64,000 nt of DNA from Bacteroidia bacterium. GTDB taxonomy: Bacteria; Bacteroidota; Bacteroidia; B-17B0; Aurantibacillaceae. Both the position numbers and the translations under genes were made by a program. Under the pieces are notes generated by a model. That model had not been told where the DNA came from. It made no database searches and was given only the letters and a program-made list of their open reading frames with translations. The first letter of the stretch is position 1. The number at the start of each line of letters is the position of its first letter. Shown one piece after another: positions 17,523 to 27,434 of the stretch. Where the stretch lies: assembly GCA_026414605.1 (NCBI GenBank), contig JAOAIP010000019.1, forward strand, positions 5,242 through 69,241, in the 5' to 3' direction.

Positions 17523-18176
17523 TTATTCTTCAAACTTTTTATATCCCTGAGGAATTTCAAATTCTTCGCTTTTAATTTTTTCTGAAGTGATTTTTGTTGT
17601 TTCAAGTTTGGTAATGATTCTACCTGTACTTATTTGTTTTTCAATAGATAATAGTGGCATAGAACCTTTTGGCAGACCAGTGATTTTAGTATAATAAACA
17701 GATTGTTTGTCTTTTCTATTCCAAAGTTGCAGCATTGGAATAAAAAAGTCAAAATTTCCTTTATTAGTTATCCAATAGGTAATTTCTGTGTCTTCTGATT
17801 TGTTTGTTACAATATATTCGGAGCAAGGATATCCAAGGATATTTTTAGTTTTTTCTGTTTTTGTAATTTTAAAGTCATCTTTATTAGTAGGCGAGACGGT
17901 GCTTTTATGAGTATTCCATAATTTTCTAGTGTGGCTTAAAATTTTAATATCTTTTTTATTTAAGTCAAATAAGTAACTTCCTTCTATTGAATTTTTCTTG
18001 GATTTGGAGTATTGGTCTAAACGAGCTTTTTCATTTTTTACTAAATATTCATTTTTAGAAGTATCTTTTTGATAGTATAAAAATTCAATTTTTCCCTCAA
18101 AAGAACTTTGAGCATTTGTATATGAATACAAATTGATGACAAAGAGAATAGATAAACTTTTGAAGTATTTGAACAT
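17523..18176 (-). CDS. DUF4412-like secreted protein
   Basis: Start chosen at MFKYFKSLSILFVINLYSYTNAQ, which is a signal peptide. GKIEF...ILGYPCSEYIV...TYWIT...IPQGYKKFE resembles DUF4412. Called from memory of the family only. Confidence 0.45.
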   Translation of the reverse strand: MFKYFKSLSILFVINLYSYTNAQSSFEGKIEFLYYQKDTSKNEYLVKNEKARLDQYSKSKKNSIEGSYLFDLNKKDIKILSHTRKLWNTHKSTVSPTNKDDFKITKTEKTKNILGYPCSEYIVTNKSEDTEITYWITNKGNFDFFIPMLQLWNRKDKQSVYYTKITGLPKGSMPLLSIEKQISTGRIITKLETTKITSEKIKSEEFEIPQGYKKFEE

Positions 18177-18343
18177 AATTATTTTTCCACAAAGATAATG
18201 AGTTTTATACGAATATAGTATCTTAAAATTTGTTACCATTCAAATTGTGATAAAGATGGAGTTTTGTTGTTTTTATTATGATTTAAGGATGAGTTTTAAA
18301 AATACGTCTCTTTTGATTTCTAATTGACCGAATTTGATTTTTG

Positions 18344-18368
18344 AAAGAAGAATTAAAAATTCTTCTTT
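18344..18368. promoter_or_regulatory. 25-bp perfect palindrome in a divergent promoter region (candidate operator)
   Basis: AAAGAAGAATT-AAA-AATTCTTCTTT lies between the divergently transcribed DUF4412-like gene and fsa, 19 nt upstream of the fsa -7 box. Confidence 0.4.
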
Positions 18369-18386
18369 TAATTAAATCTATTCTCT

Positions 18387-18394
18387 TACTTTTG
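18387..18394 (+). promoter_or_regulatory. -7 promoter box TACTTTTG
   Basis: TAnnTTTG match 17 nt upstream of ATG 18411. Confidence 0.45.
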
Positions 18395-18410
18395 CGGGCA
18401 AAAAAGAGAT

Positions 18411-19064
18411 ATGAAATTTTTTATTGATACAGCCAATTTAGAAGAAATTAAAGAAGCCGCTGCACTTGGTATTTTAGATGGAGTAACCACCAATCCATCG
18501 TTAATGGCAAAAGTGGGCATTAAAGGCAAAGAAGCAGTAAGATCTCATTACAAAGCCATTTGTGAAATTGTGGATGGCGATATAAGTGCAGAGGTGGTTT
18601 CAACAACTTATGATGAGATGATAAAAGAAGGGAAAGAATTGGCGGACATTCATCCCAACATCGTAGTCAAAGTGCCTATGACAAAAGACGGAGTGAAAGC
18701 CATCCGATATTTTTCTGACAATGGTATTAGAACAAATTGCACACTGGTTTTTTCTGCAGGTCAGGCACTCTTAGCAGCAAAAGCAGGGGCTACTTATGTA
18801 TCTCCATTTGTAGGAAGATTAGACGATGTGTCTTCTGATGGATTGCAGTTAATTAGCGATATAGTAGAAATTTATAGTAATTATTTTTTTGAAACGGAAG
18901 TATTAGCCGCCTCTATCAGACACCCAATGCACATAATAGAGTGTGCAAAAAGAGGGGCAGATGTTATTACAGCACCACTTAGTGCTATTTTAGCATTACT
19001 CAATCACCCACTTACAGATAAAGGATTAGATATTTTCTTAAAAGATGCTGAAAAGTGGAAGTAA
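18411..19064 (+). CDS. fsa: fructose-6-phosphate aldolase / short transaldolase (TalC/Fsa type)
   Basis: 217 aa. [29 protein letters not shown] and [14 protein letters not shown] are canonical for this family. Confidence 0.9.
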   Translation: MKFFIDTANLEEIKEAAALGILDGVTTNPSLMAKVGIKGKEAVRSHYKAICEIVDGDISAEVVSTTYDEMIKEGKELADIHPNIVVKVPMTKDGVKAIRYFSDNGIRTNCTLVFSAGQALLAAKAGATYVSPFVGRLDDVSSDGLQLISDIVEIYSNYFFETEVLAASIRHPMHIIECAKRGADVITAPLSAILALLNHPLTDKGLDIFLKDAEKWK

Positions 19065-19066
19065 AT

Positions 19067-19100
19067 AAAAAACCCCTCTAAAAAGAGGGGTTTTGTTTTG
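19067..19100. terminator. bidirectional intrinsic terminator
   Basis: AAAAAACCCCTCT-AAAA-AGAGGGGTTTTGTTTT lies between the convergent genes fsa (+) and ORF 19146-19613 (-). Confidence 0.8.
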
Positions 19101-19145
19101 GGGAATTAACCAAAAAAGTAAAACTATGAACCCAAAACTATGCTA

Positions 19146-19613
19146 TTATCGGTTGGTTACTTTTTTTGCTGCTAAGCGGGCTTGTCGTTGTTTTTCTCTC
19201 ATCAGAGACAATACATTTCTTTTGTGATCTTCAAAGTTTCCAAAAGCCAAGGCATCAAGAATTTCTTCTTTTGTCATTTCGGGTTTTCCAAAATGATTTC
19301 GGATATTGTGAATGTTGTTTTCTACGAATTTTTCAAATTTTTCGGGAGCAAAAATATAATCGTTTTGTCCAATCGATTTAAATTCTTCGGGTAAAGATCC
19401 TTGTATGCGAACTTTAATTTCAATTCCTTCGTATCTTTTAGGTAATAATCTACAATCAAATAAAAATGGTCTGGTGAGCACAATAGCGTGCTTTTTTTTG
19501 ATAGGATCAATCATCTGAATACCTTCAAACTTGACACCCATTTTTTTCAAAAAACCGTATCGTTCTTCAAATCTTTTGTAGATATCGTACATAATATAAA
19601 TTTGGCTTTGCAA
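19146..19613 (-). CDS. hypothetical protein (no family recognised)
   Basis: 155-aa ORF with a basic C-terminus (KQRQARLAAKKVTNR). The start could instead be the internal MYDIYKRF. Confidence 0.5.
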   Translation of the reverse strand: MQSQIYIMYDIYKRFEERYGFLKKMGVKFEGIQMIDPIKKKHAIVLTRPFLFDCRLLPKRYEGIEIKVRIQGSLPEEFKSIGQNDYIFAPEKFEKFVENNIHNIRNHFGKPEMTKEEILDALAFGNFEDHKRNVLSLMREKQRQARLAAKKVTNR

Positions 19614-19701
19614 AGTTACGGTAAATAACCCTGTTTTGTTTCATAAATTAGACAAAACCCCTCTTTTTTTCAACAAAAAATTGTTAATAATTTTTTTAAA
19701 T

Positions 19702-19822
19702 TGTGGATAAACAGTTGAAAAGTTTATTCAAAAAAGTTTATTAAAAGTGGATTAAAGTCATAAACAATTGAAATACAAAAATATAAAATGTGGATAATAA
19801 ATTATGAATAGAATGTGGATAA
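19702..19822. promoter_or_regulatory. cluster of DnaA boxes
   Basis: TGTGGATAA, the reverse complement of TTATCCACA, occurs at 19702-19710, 19789-19797 and 19814-19822, all in the same orientation. A 7/9 variant AGTGGATTA lies at 19746-19754. An AT-rich direct repeat AAAAGTTTATT x2 lies at about 19719-19744. Confidence 0.7.
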
Positions 19823-19908
19823 AGTTTTGTCAACATCAATTAAAAACAATCAAAATAAAATGAATAAAAATAGTTGACATTAGAAATCGCCGTCTTCCTT
19901 ATCTTTTC

Positions 19909-19916
19909 TATTTTTG
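19909..19916 (+). promoter_or_regulatory. -7 promoter box TATTTTTG (near-leaderless recN mRNA)
   Basis: TAnnTTTG ends 6 nt before ATG 19922, and a TTGACA lies at 19874. This supports the downstream start for recN. Confidence 0.4.
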
Positions 19917-19921
19917 CCGCT

Positions 19922-21583
19922 ATGATAAAAGAATTTAGAGTTCAAAATTTTGCATTAATAAATTATGTCGATATTGCTTTTCAAGATTCTTTTGTTGTTA
20001 TCACGGGCGAAACAGGAGCAGGAAAATCTATATTGTTAGATGCTCTTTCGCTTGCTCTTGGCGGAAAAGCAGATTCTTCTTTGGTCTTTGACAAGACAAA
20101 AAAGACCATAGTTGAATTGGTTTTTGACATTTCAGAATTAGATATCCAACAATTTTTTGATGACAATGCACTGGATTATCAAAAGGAAACGATAGTAAGA
20201 AGAGAAATAACGCCTGATGGGAAATCCCGGGCTTTTATCAACGATACACCTGTTACTCTTGGAGTATTAAAATCCTTAGGAGAGTTTTTAATAGATATTC
20301 ATTCTCAACATCAAAATTTAATAATCAACAGTGTTTCGTTTAGATATAATTTTGTAGATGCTATTGCTGATACATTAAAAGAAAGAAATCAATTTACTCA
20401 ATTATTTAAGCAGTATCAAAAAGAAAAAAAGGAGTTAAATCAACTTATAGAAAATCAAAAACAAATTAGTAAAGAGTTTGAGTTTAATAATTTTTTATTA
20501 GAAGAATTAGAACAAGCACAAATTCAAGAAGGAGAATTACAACAAATAGAAGAAGAATTAAATCAATTAGAAAATGCAGAAAGCATCATACAACAACTTT
20601 CTTATGTCGTACAATCCTTGAAAGACGGCGAAATCAATGCCATTCAATTATTAGTAGATGCCAAAAACCATCTTCAAAGCATTGCCAAGTATCATCCAAA
20701 ATACGAAGAATTAGCACAACGATTAAATGCTGCAATTATTGAAATCAAAGATATTTCATTTGAAGCAGAAAAGCAATCCGCAGAATTAGATATAAATCCT
20801 GAAAGAATACAAGAGTTAAGGGATAGAATAGATCTTATTAATAAATTATTAAAAAAACATGGTGTTAAAACAGATAAAGAACTTATAGATATAAAAGAAG
20901 AATTAGAAAAAAAGGTGGAACAGTTTCAAAACAGTGATGATATTATTTCAGAAAAACAAAAAATCATTCATCAATTAGAACAAGAATTGCACAATAAAGC
21001 CCAAGTATTATCTCAAAAAAGAAAATCTATAAAAGACAAAATTGAAAAAGAATGTGTAAGTTTATTGAATGATCTTGCAATGCCCAATGCTCAATTTGTT
21101 GTACAAATTGAAAACACTAATGAAATCAATGAATTTGGAATGGATGACATTAAATTTCTATTTTCTGCCAACAAAGGCATTACACCATCAGAAGTTCAAA
21201 AATCCGCATCAGGCGGTGAAATAGCTCGTTTAATGTTAGCCATAAAATCATTGATGGCAAAGAAAATCCAATTGCCTACTATAATATTTGATGAAATTGA
21301 TACAGGGGTCAGTGGGTCTGTTGCAGGAAAAATGGGCGATATAATGAAAAGAATGGGAGAAGATATGCAAGTAATTGCTATCACACATTTGCCACAAATT
21401 GCTGCTAAAGGCACACAACATTTTTATGTTAGCAAAGTAGAAGAAAACAATAGAACAGTATCAAAAATCACAGAACTAACAGGGCAACAAAGAGTTATGG
21501 AAATAGCCAAAATGTTGAGCGACGAAAACCTCGGAGATGCCGCCATTCAAAATGCAATGGAATTATTAAAGTCCAAAAATTAA
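19922..21583 (+). CDS. recN: DNA repair protein RecN
   Basis: Walker A GETGAGKSILLDAL, a long coiled-coil middle, ABC signature SGGEIARLMLA and Walker B IIFDEIDTGVSG. Start moved from the TTG at 19874 to ATG 19922 (MIKEFRVQNFALI). Confidence 0.9.
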   Translation: MIKEFRVQNFALINYVDIAFQDSFVVITGETGAGKSILLDALSLALGGKADSSLVFDKTKKTIVELVFDISELDIQQFFDDNALDYQKETIVRREITPDGKSRAFINDTPVTLGVLKSLGEFLIDIHSQHQNLIINSVSFRYNFVDAIADTLKERNQFTQLFKQYQKEKKELNQLIENQKQISKEFEFNNFLLEELEQAQIQEGELQQIEEELNQLENAESIIQQLSYVVQSLKDGEINAIQLLVDAKNHLQSIAKYHPKYEELAQRLNAAIIEIKDISFEAEKQSAELDINPERIQELRDRIDLINKLLKKHGVKTDKELIDIKEELEKKVEQFQNSDDIISEKQKIIHQLEQELHNKAQVLSQKRKSIKDKIEKECVSLLNDLAMPNAQFVVQIENTNEINEFGMDDIKFLFSANKGITPSEVQKSASGGEIARLMLAIKSLMAKKIQLPTIIFDEIDTGVSGSVAGKMGDIMKRMGEDMQVIAITHLPQIAAKGTQHFYVSKVEENNRTVSKITELTGQQRVMEIAKMLSDENLGDAAIQNAMELLKSKN

Positions 21584-21588
21584 AGTAA

Positions 21589-22407
21589 ATGAACGGAAAA
21601 ATAGGCGTGTTTGATTCTGGATATGGCGGACTTACAGTTTTTAAGGAAATCATTAAAGAACTTCCTCAATACGATTATGTCTATTTAGGAGATAATGCTC
21701 GTGCCCCTTATGGAAGCAGAAGTTTTGAAACAGTTTATAAATTCACATTAGAATGTGTTCAATTGTTATTTGATATGGAATGTCCATTGGTGATATTGGC
21801 TTGCAATACAGCATCTGCCAAGGCATTGCGAACCATTCAACAAAAGGACTTACCAAAGATAGCCCCCAATAATAGAGTTTTAGGAGTTATTCGTCCTACC
21901 ACAGAAGTTATAGGAAATTATTCACACACAAAACACATTGGAATTTTTGCTACAGAAGGCACTGTAAAATCAGAATCGTATTTGATAGAAATACAAAAAT
22001 TTTTTCCAGAATTAAACGTCGTACAGCAGGCCTGTCCTATGTGGGTTCCACTCATTGAGAACAATGAACATTTGTCCGAAGGGGCAGATTATTTTGTTCA
22101 AAAGTATATGCAATCTTTGTTAAAACAAGATGCACAAATAGATACAATATTATTAGCGTGTACACACTATCCTTTGATTTTACCCAAATTAAAACAATAT
22201 ATTCCTGATCATATACAAATTGTATCGCAAGAAAAAATTGTTGCGAAAAGTTTAAAAGAATATCTTCAAAGACATCCCGAAATAGAGAGTAAAATAGGGA
22301 AAAGAGGAAACAGATTTTTTTATACCACAGCAGAAGCAGATTGGTTTAATGAAAAAGCAGAATTGTTTTATGGAGAAAAAATAAATGCAAAAAAGATATC
22401 AAAATAA
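21589..22407 (+). CDS. murI: glutamate racemase
   Basis: GVFDSGYGGLTV, LACNTASA and LACTHYP are the catalytic-Cys motifs of MurI. Confidence 0.9.
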   Translation: MNGKIGVFDSGYGGLTVFKEIIKELPQYDYVYLGDNARAPYGSRSFETVYKFTLECVQLLFDMECPLVILACNTASAKALRTIQQKDLPKIAPNNRVLGVIRPTTEVIGNYSHTKHIGIFATEGTVKSESYLIEIQKFFPELNVVQQACPMWVPLIENNEHLSEGADYFVQKYMQSLLKQDAQIDTILLACTHYPLILPKLKQYIPDHIQIVSQEKIVAKSLKEYLQRHPEIESKIGKRGNRFFYTTAEADWFNEKAELFYGEKINAKKISK

Positions 22408-22434
22408 AAAGTAAAGAATTTGTTGATTTAAAAT

Positions 22435-22463
22435 AAAAAAGCCCTTCAAAAGAAGGGCTTTTT
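22435..22463. terminator. bidirectional intrinsic terminator
   Basis: AAAAAAGCCCTTC-AAAA-GAAGGGCTTTTT lies between the convergent genes murI (+) and HU (-). Confidence 0.85.
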
Positions 22464-22481
22464 AGCAGCACAACATGCGAC

Positions 22482-22763
22482 TTATTTTCCTTTGTTTACA
22501 GAGTTTGCTAACTCAGCACCAGCTTTGAATTTTACCACTTTTTTTGCAGGAATTTTAATTTCTTTTCCTGTTTGTGGGTTACGACCAGTGCGAGCACTTC
22601 TTTTAGTAACTGAGAAAGAACCGAATCCGATGAGTTGGACTCTGTCACCTTTCTTCAATGCTTTGTTGATTGCCTCAATGGTAGCATCGAGTGCTTTTGC
22701 AGCATCTGCTTTTGTGAGTTTTGCTCCTGATGCAATAGCATCAATTAATTCTGCTTTGTTCAT
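22482..22763 (-). CDS. hup: HU family DNA-binding protein
   Basis: MNKAELIDAIA...GFGSFSVTKRSARTGRNPQTGKEIKIPAKKVVKFKAG is canonical HU. Start set at ATG 22763, giving 93 aa. The 145-aa track ORF is an upstream extension. Confidence 0.9.
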   Translation of the reverse strand: MNKAELIDAIASGAKLTKADAAKALDATIEAINKALKKGDRVQLIGFGSFSVTKRSARTGRNPQTGKEIKIPAKKVVKFKAGAELANSVNKGK

Positions 22764-22791
22764 AGTTTTACTTTTTTGGTTTTTGATAGTG

Positions 22792-22799
22792 CAAATATA
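22792..22799 (-). promoter_or_regulatory. -7 promoter box TATATTTG for the HU gene
   Basis: The reverse strand reads TATATTTG 29 nt upstream of ATG 22763. Confidence 0.4.
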
Positions 22800-22869
22800 A
22801 AGCATTTTATTTGATTTGTCAAGGGTTTTAGTAATAAAAATCGCCATTTTGTTGATAAAATCTATGTTT

Positions 22870-22878
22870 TGTGGATAA
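22870..22878. promoter_or_regulatory. single perfect DnaA box
   Basis: TGTGGATAA in the HU / pyrG divergent intergenic region. Confidence 0.4.
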
Positions 22879-22982
22879 GTTGGGCGTAAAACAGTGGTTT
22901 TTGCAGGCATTTGATGCATTTTATGAACGGAAAACCTTGCTATTTGTATTTATTCTAAAATAGGCATTAGTAAATATATTGA

Positions 22983-25164
<2,182 letters not shown>

Positions 25165-25173
25165 TAATAAAAA

Positions 25174-26145
25174 TTAGTTTAATAAATACTGATACTTTTG
25201 TCTTAAAAATCTTTTATCTACACCGCTTTTCTTTGAATTTGTTTGACGATTTTCAATAGAAAAAACTAAATTGATTTCATGAGACCCTTGTTGGGCCGTT
25301 TTTAATTTTGAAACTAATAAGTCGTAACTGTATGTAATTTGAAATCTATCAAACATTGTCAATCCTATATGAAAAGCCAATGCATTACCAGGACGAATAC
25401 TAAAACCAACAATACCTGTTTTATGAATATGTAATCGCAAGGAATAATCTAAAAACAAAGGCATTGCTTTTCCACTCATTACCCAAAAAGTATTTTCCCA
25501 TACATAATCAGGATTTTCACCAAAATTATATCCCGCACCAAAAATGATTTGATTTTCGTTATTGTAATTTCCTCTATAAAAATCAGGATTAGAATATGTA
25601 AATTTGTAATTAGCAGCAAATAAATTGATCATTGATACGGATAGAAAGAAACGATCGTTGTAATACAACAAACCAAACGTACCTTCTAATTTTTTTTGCG
25701 AAAGAGTTGAACTACTTAAATCAACAGCCGCATCTATTTGATGGCGAAGTGTAATTAAAGACGGATTGAGTTGAAAAATGGTATATGCCAATGAAAAACC
25801 AAAAGAAAGTTCTGTATCTGCCATTTTAATATGATAAGCCAAATTGCCCGAAAAATAATTATTTACAAAAGGACCAATTTTATCATTAAAGATCATAATG
25901 CCACTACCCATTTTACCTTTCAAATAACGGATATTAAAACACAAAGCAGCCGTGATCGGACTTCCTGAAAATCCTGTCCATTGCTGTCTATAAGATGTAC
26001 GAGCGTCTATCCATCGCTTTGTCCCCGAAAATGCAGGATTAAATAAATAAAGATTTCCACGATATTGTGTAATAAATGGATATTGTTGCCCTTTTACAAC
26101 AGACAACAGAAAAACAAATACTATTAAAAAACGAATTCTAAACAT
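25174..26145 (-). CDS. PorP/SprF family type IX secretion system membrane protein
   Basis: Signal peptide followed by QQYPFITQYRGNLYLFNPAFSG, the family-defining N-terminal motif. Beta-barrel-like sequence, 323 aa. Confidence 0.8.
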   Translation of the reverse strand: MFRIRFLIVFVFLLSVVKGQQYPFITQYRGNLYLFNPAFSGTKRWIDARTSYRQQWTGFSGSPITAALCFNIRYLKGKMGSGIMIFNDKIGPFVNNYFSGNLAYHIKMADTELSFGFSLAYTIFQLNPSLITLRHQIDAAVDLSSSTLSQKKLEGTFGLLYYNDRFFLSVSMINLFAANYKFTYSNPDFYRGNYNNENQIIFGAGYNFGENPDYVWENTFWVMSGKAMPLFLDYSLRLHIHKTGIVGFSIRPGNALAFHIGLTMFDRFQITYSYDLLVSKLKTAQQGSHEINLVFSIENRQTNSKKSGVDKRFLRQKYQYLLN

Positions 26146-26967
26146 TTATTGTGCTTGATAATATCTTTTTGCTTCAGGTAAAAATTCTTGGATGAGTTTA
26201 ATTCTTGTTTCATCACTGGGGTGTGTGCTTAAAAATTCTGGTGGTTTTTGTCCGCCATGTGCAGCCATTCGTTTCCAAAAGTCAATGGCTAATTCTGGAT
26301 TGTAGCCCGCCATGGCCATAAAAATAAGTCCCATTTTGTCGGCTTCGGCTTCTTGATTGCGGCTGTATTTCAAAAGTGTAAGCCCAGATCCAACGCCATA
26401 AGCCGCCAAAAAGATATTCCGAGTTTCTTGTGGTTTTTGAGACAATGCTACCGCCAAAGACATTTGTCCAAATTGAGCCAACATTGCTTGCGACATTCGT
26501 TCGTTGCCGTGTTTGGCTAAAGCATGTGAAATTTCGTGTCCCATCACTACTGCAAGTCCTGCATCATCTTGGGTAATAGGTAAAATACCAGTATACACAA
26601 CCACTTTGCCACCAGGCATACACCAGGCATTGACGATATTTTCATCTACCACATTAAATTCCCATTTGTAAAGTTCTAATTCTTTTGATAATCCCTTTTG
26701 TTGATAAAATTTTTCTACGGCTTGTTTGATTTTATTGCCTACATTTCGAACTTGCAGTACTCTTAAATCGTTGTCAGGTAACCGTTTGTGTTGCTTTAAA
26801 AAATTATCATATTCCGTCAAACTCATATTGACCAATTCACCTTCTGGGATTAAACTTAACTGTTTGCGACCTGTAACCACATTTTTAGTGCAATGATACA
26901 AGAATAAACTGGATAGTGTAATGCTGAAAATAAAAAACCAATATCTTTTTCTCATCATCAAAATCAT
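26146..26967 (-). CDS. M48 family zinc metallopeptidase (lipoprotein)
   Basis: HEISHAL (HExxH) and a downstream EAEADKMG motif. N-terminal hydrophobic segment with Cys. No gap to the downstream porP-like gene. Confidence 0.85.
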   Translation of the reverse strand: MILMMRKRYWFFIFSITLSSLFLYHCTKNVVTGRKQLSLIPEGELVNMSLTEYDNFLKQHKRLPDNDLRVLQVRNVGNKIKQAVEKFYQQKGLSKELELYKWEFNVVDENIVNAWCMPGGKVVVYTGILPITQDDAGLAVVMGHEISHALAKHGNERMSQAMLAQFGQMSLAVALSQKPQETRNIFLAAYGVGSGLTLLKYSRNQEAEADKMGLIFMAMAGYNPELAIDFWKRMAAHGGQKPPEFLSTHPSDETRIKLIQEFLPEAKRYYQAQ

Positions 26968-27245
26968 TTTGCAATGATTTTAGAGTTAATGTTTTTTGAA
27001 AAGAGTTCTGATTGTATTTCTTCTAAAAAATCTTTTGATCCGCTTAAAATAGGATATTGTCCCTTCAAATGTGTTAGTAAAGTGCATTGCTCTGCACGTT
27101 CATAATCAAAATCACAAGTACTTACAAGAGATTGTATAACATGATCAAAAGAATTGACATCGTCATTTAATAAAATCAATTGATAATTTTGGGATGAATC
27201 ATTAGTCAAATGTTTGGGTTTTTGACTTGGATGTTTTTTATTCAT
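26964..27245 (-). CDS. clpS: ATP-dependent Clp protease adaptor ClpS
   Basis: LILLNDDVNSFDHVIQSLVSTCDFDYERAEQCTLLTHLKG matches the ClpS core. 93 aa. 4-nt overlap with the M48 gene. Confidence 0.85.
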   Translation of the reverse strand: MNKKHPSQKPKHLTNDSSQNYQLILLNDDVNSFDHVIQSLVSTCDFDYERAEQCTLLTHLKGQYPILSGSKDFLEEIQSELFSKNINSKIIAK

Positions 27246-27434
27246 AACAAGTTTTTTGGCGAAAATGTATAGAAAAAATTATTAATCTTAAACTTTGATT
27301 AAATCAAAACATATTAAAACGTTAATCTTATTTAATGTAGTGATTAAAAATTGAAAATAATTATCTCATCTATAAATAAACAAAAATTTTTTTATTTACG
27401 ATATATCAATTACTTTTAGCCCTAAAATTAAATT

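Noticed and set aside
16217-19613. Genomic island integrated at the tmRNA gene
   Set aside because: I saw no integrase, no recombinase and no direct repeat of the ssrA 3' end. The neighbouring genes are small hypotheticals and a housekeeping fsa.
19874-19921. TTG start 16 codons upstream for recN; similar TTG starts at 23040, 43814, 44906 and 45717
   Set aside because: The downstream ATG codons match the family N-termini. At 19909 and 43809 a TAnnTTTG promoter box lies inside the proposed extension.
22492-22800. 102-aa plus-strand ORF
   Set aside because: It is antisense to the canonical HU gene.
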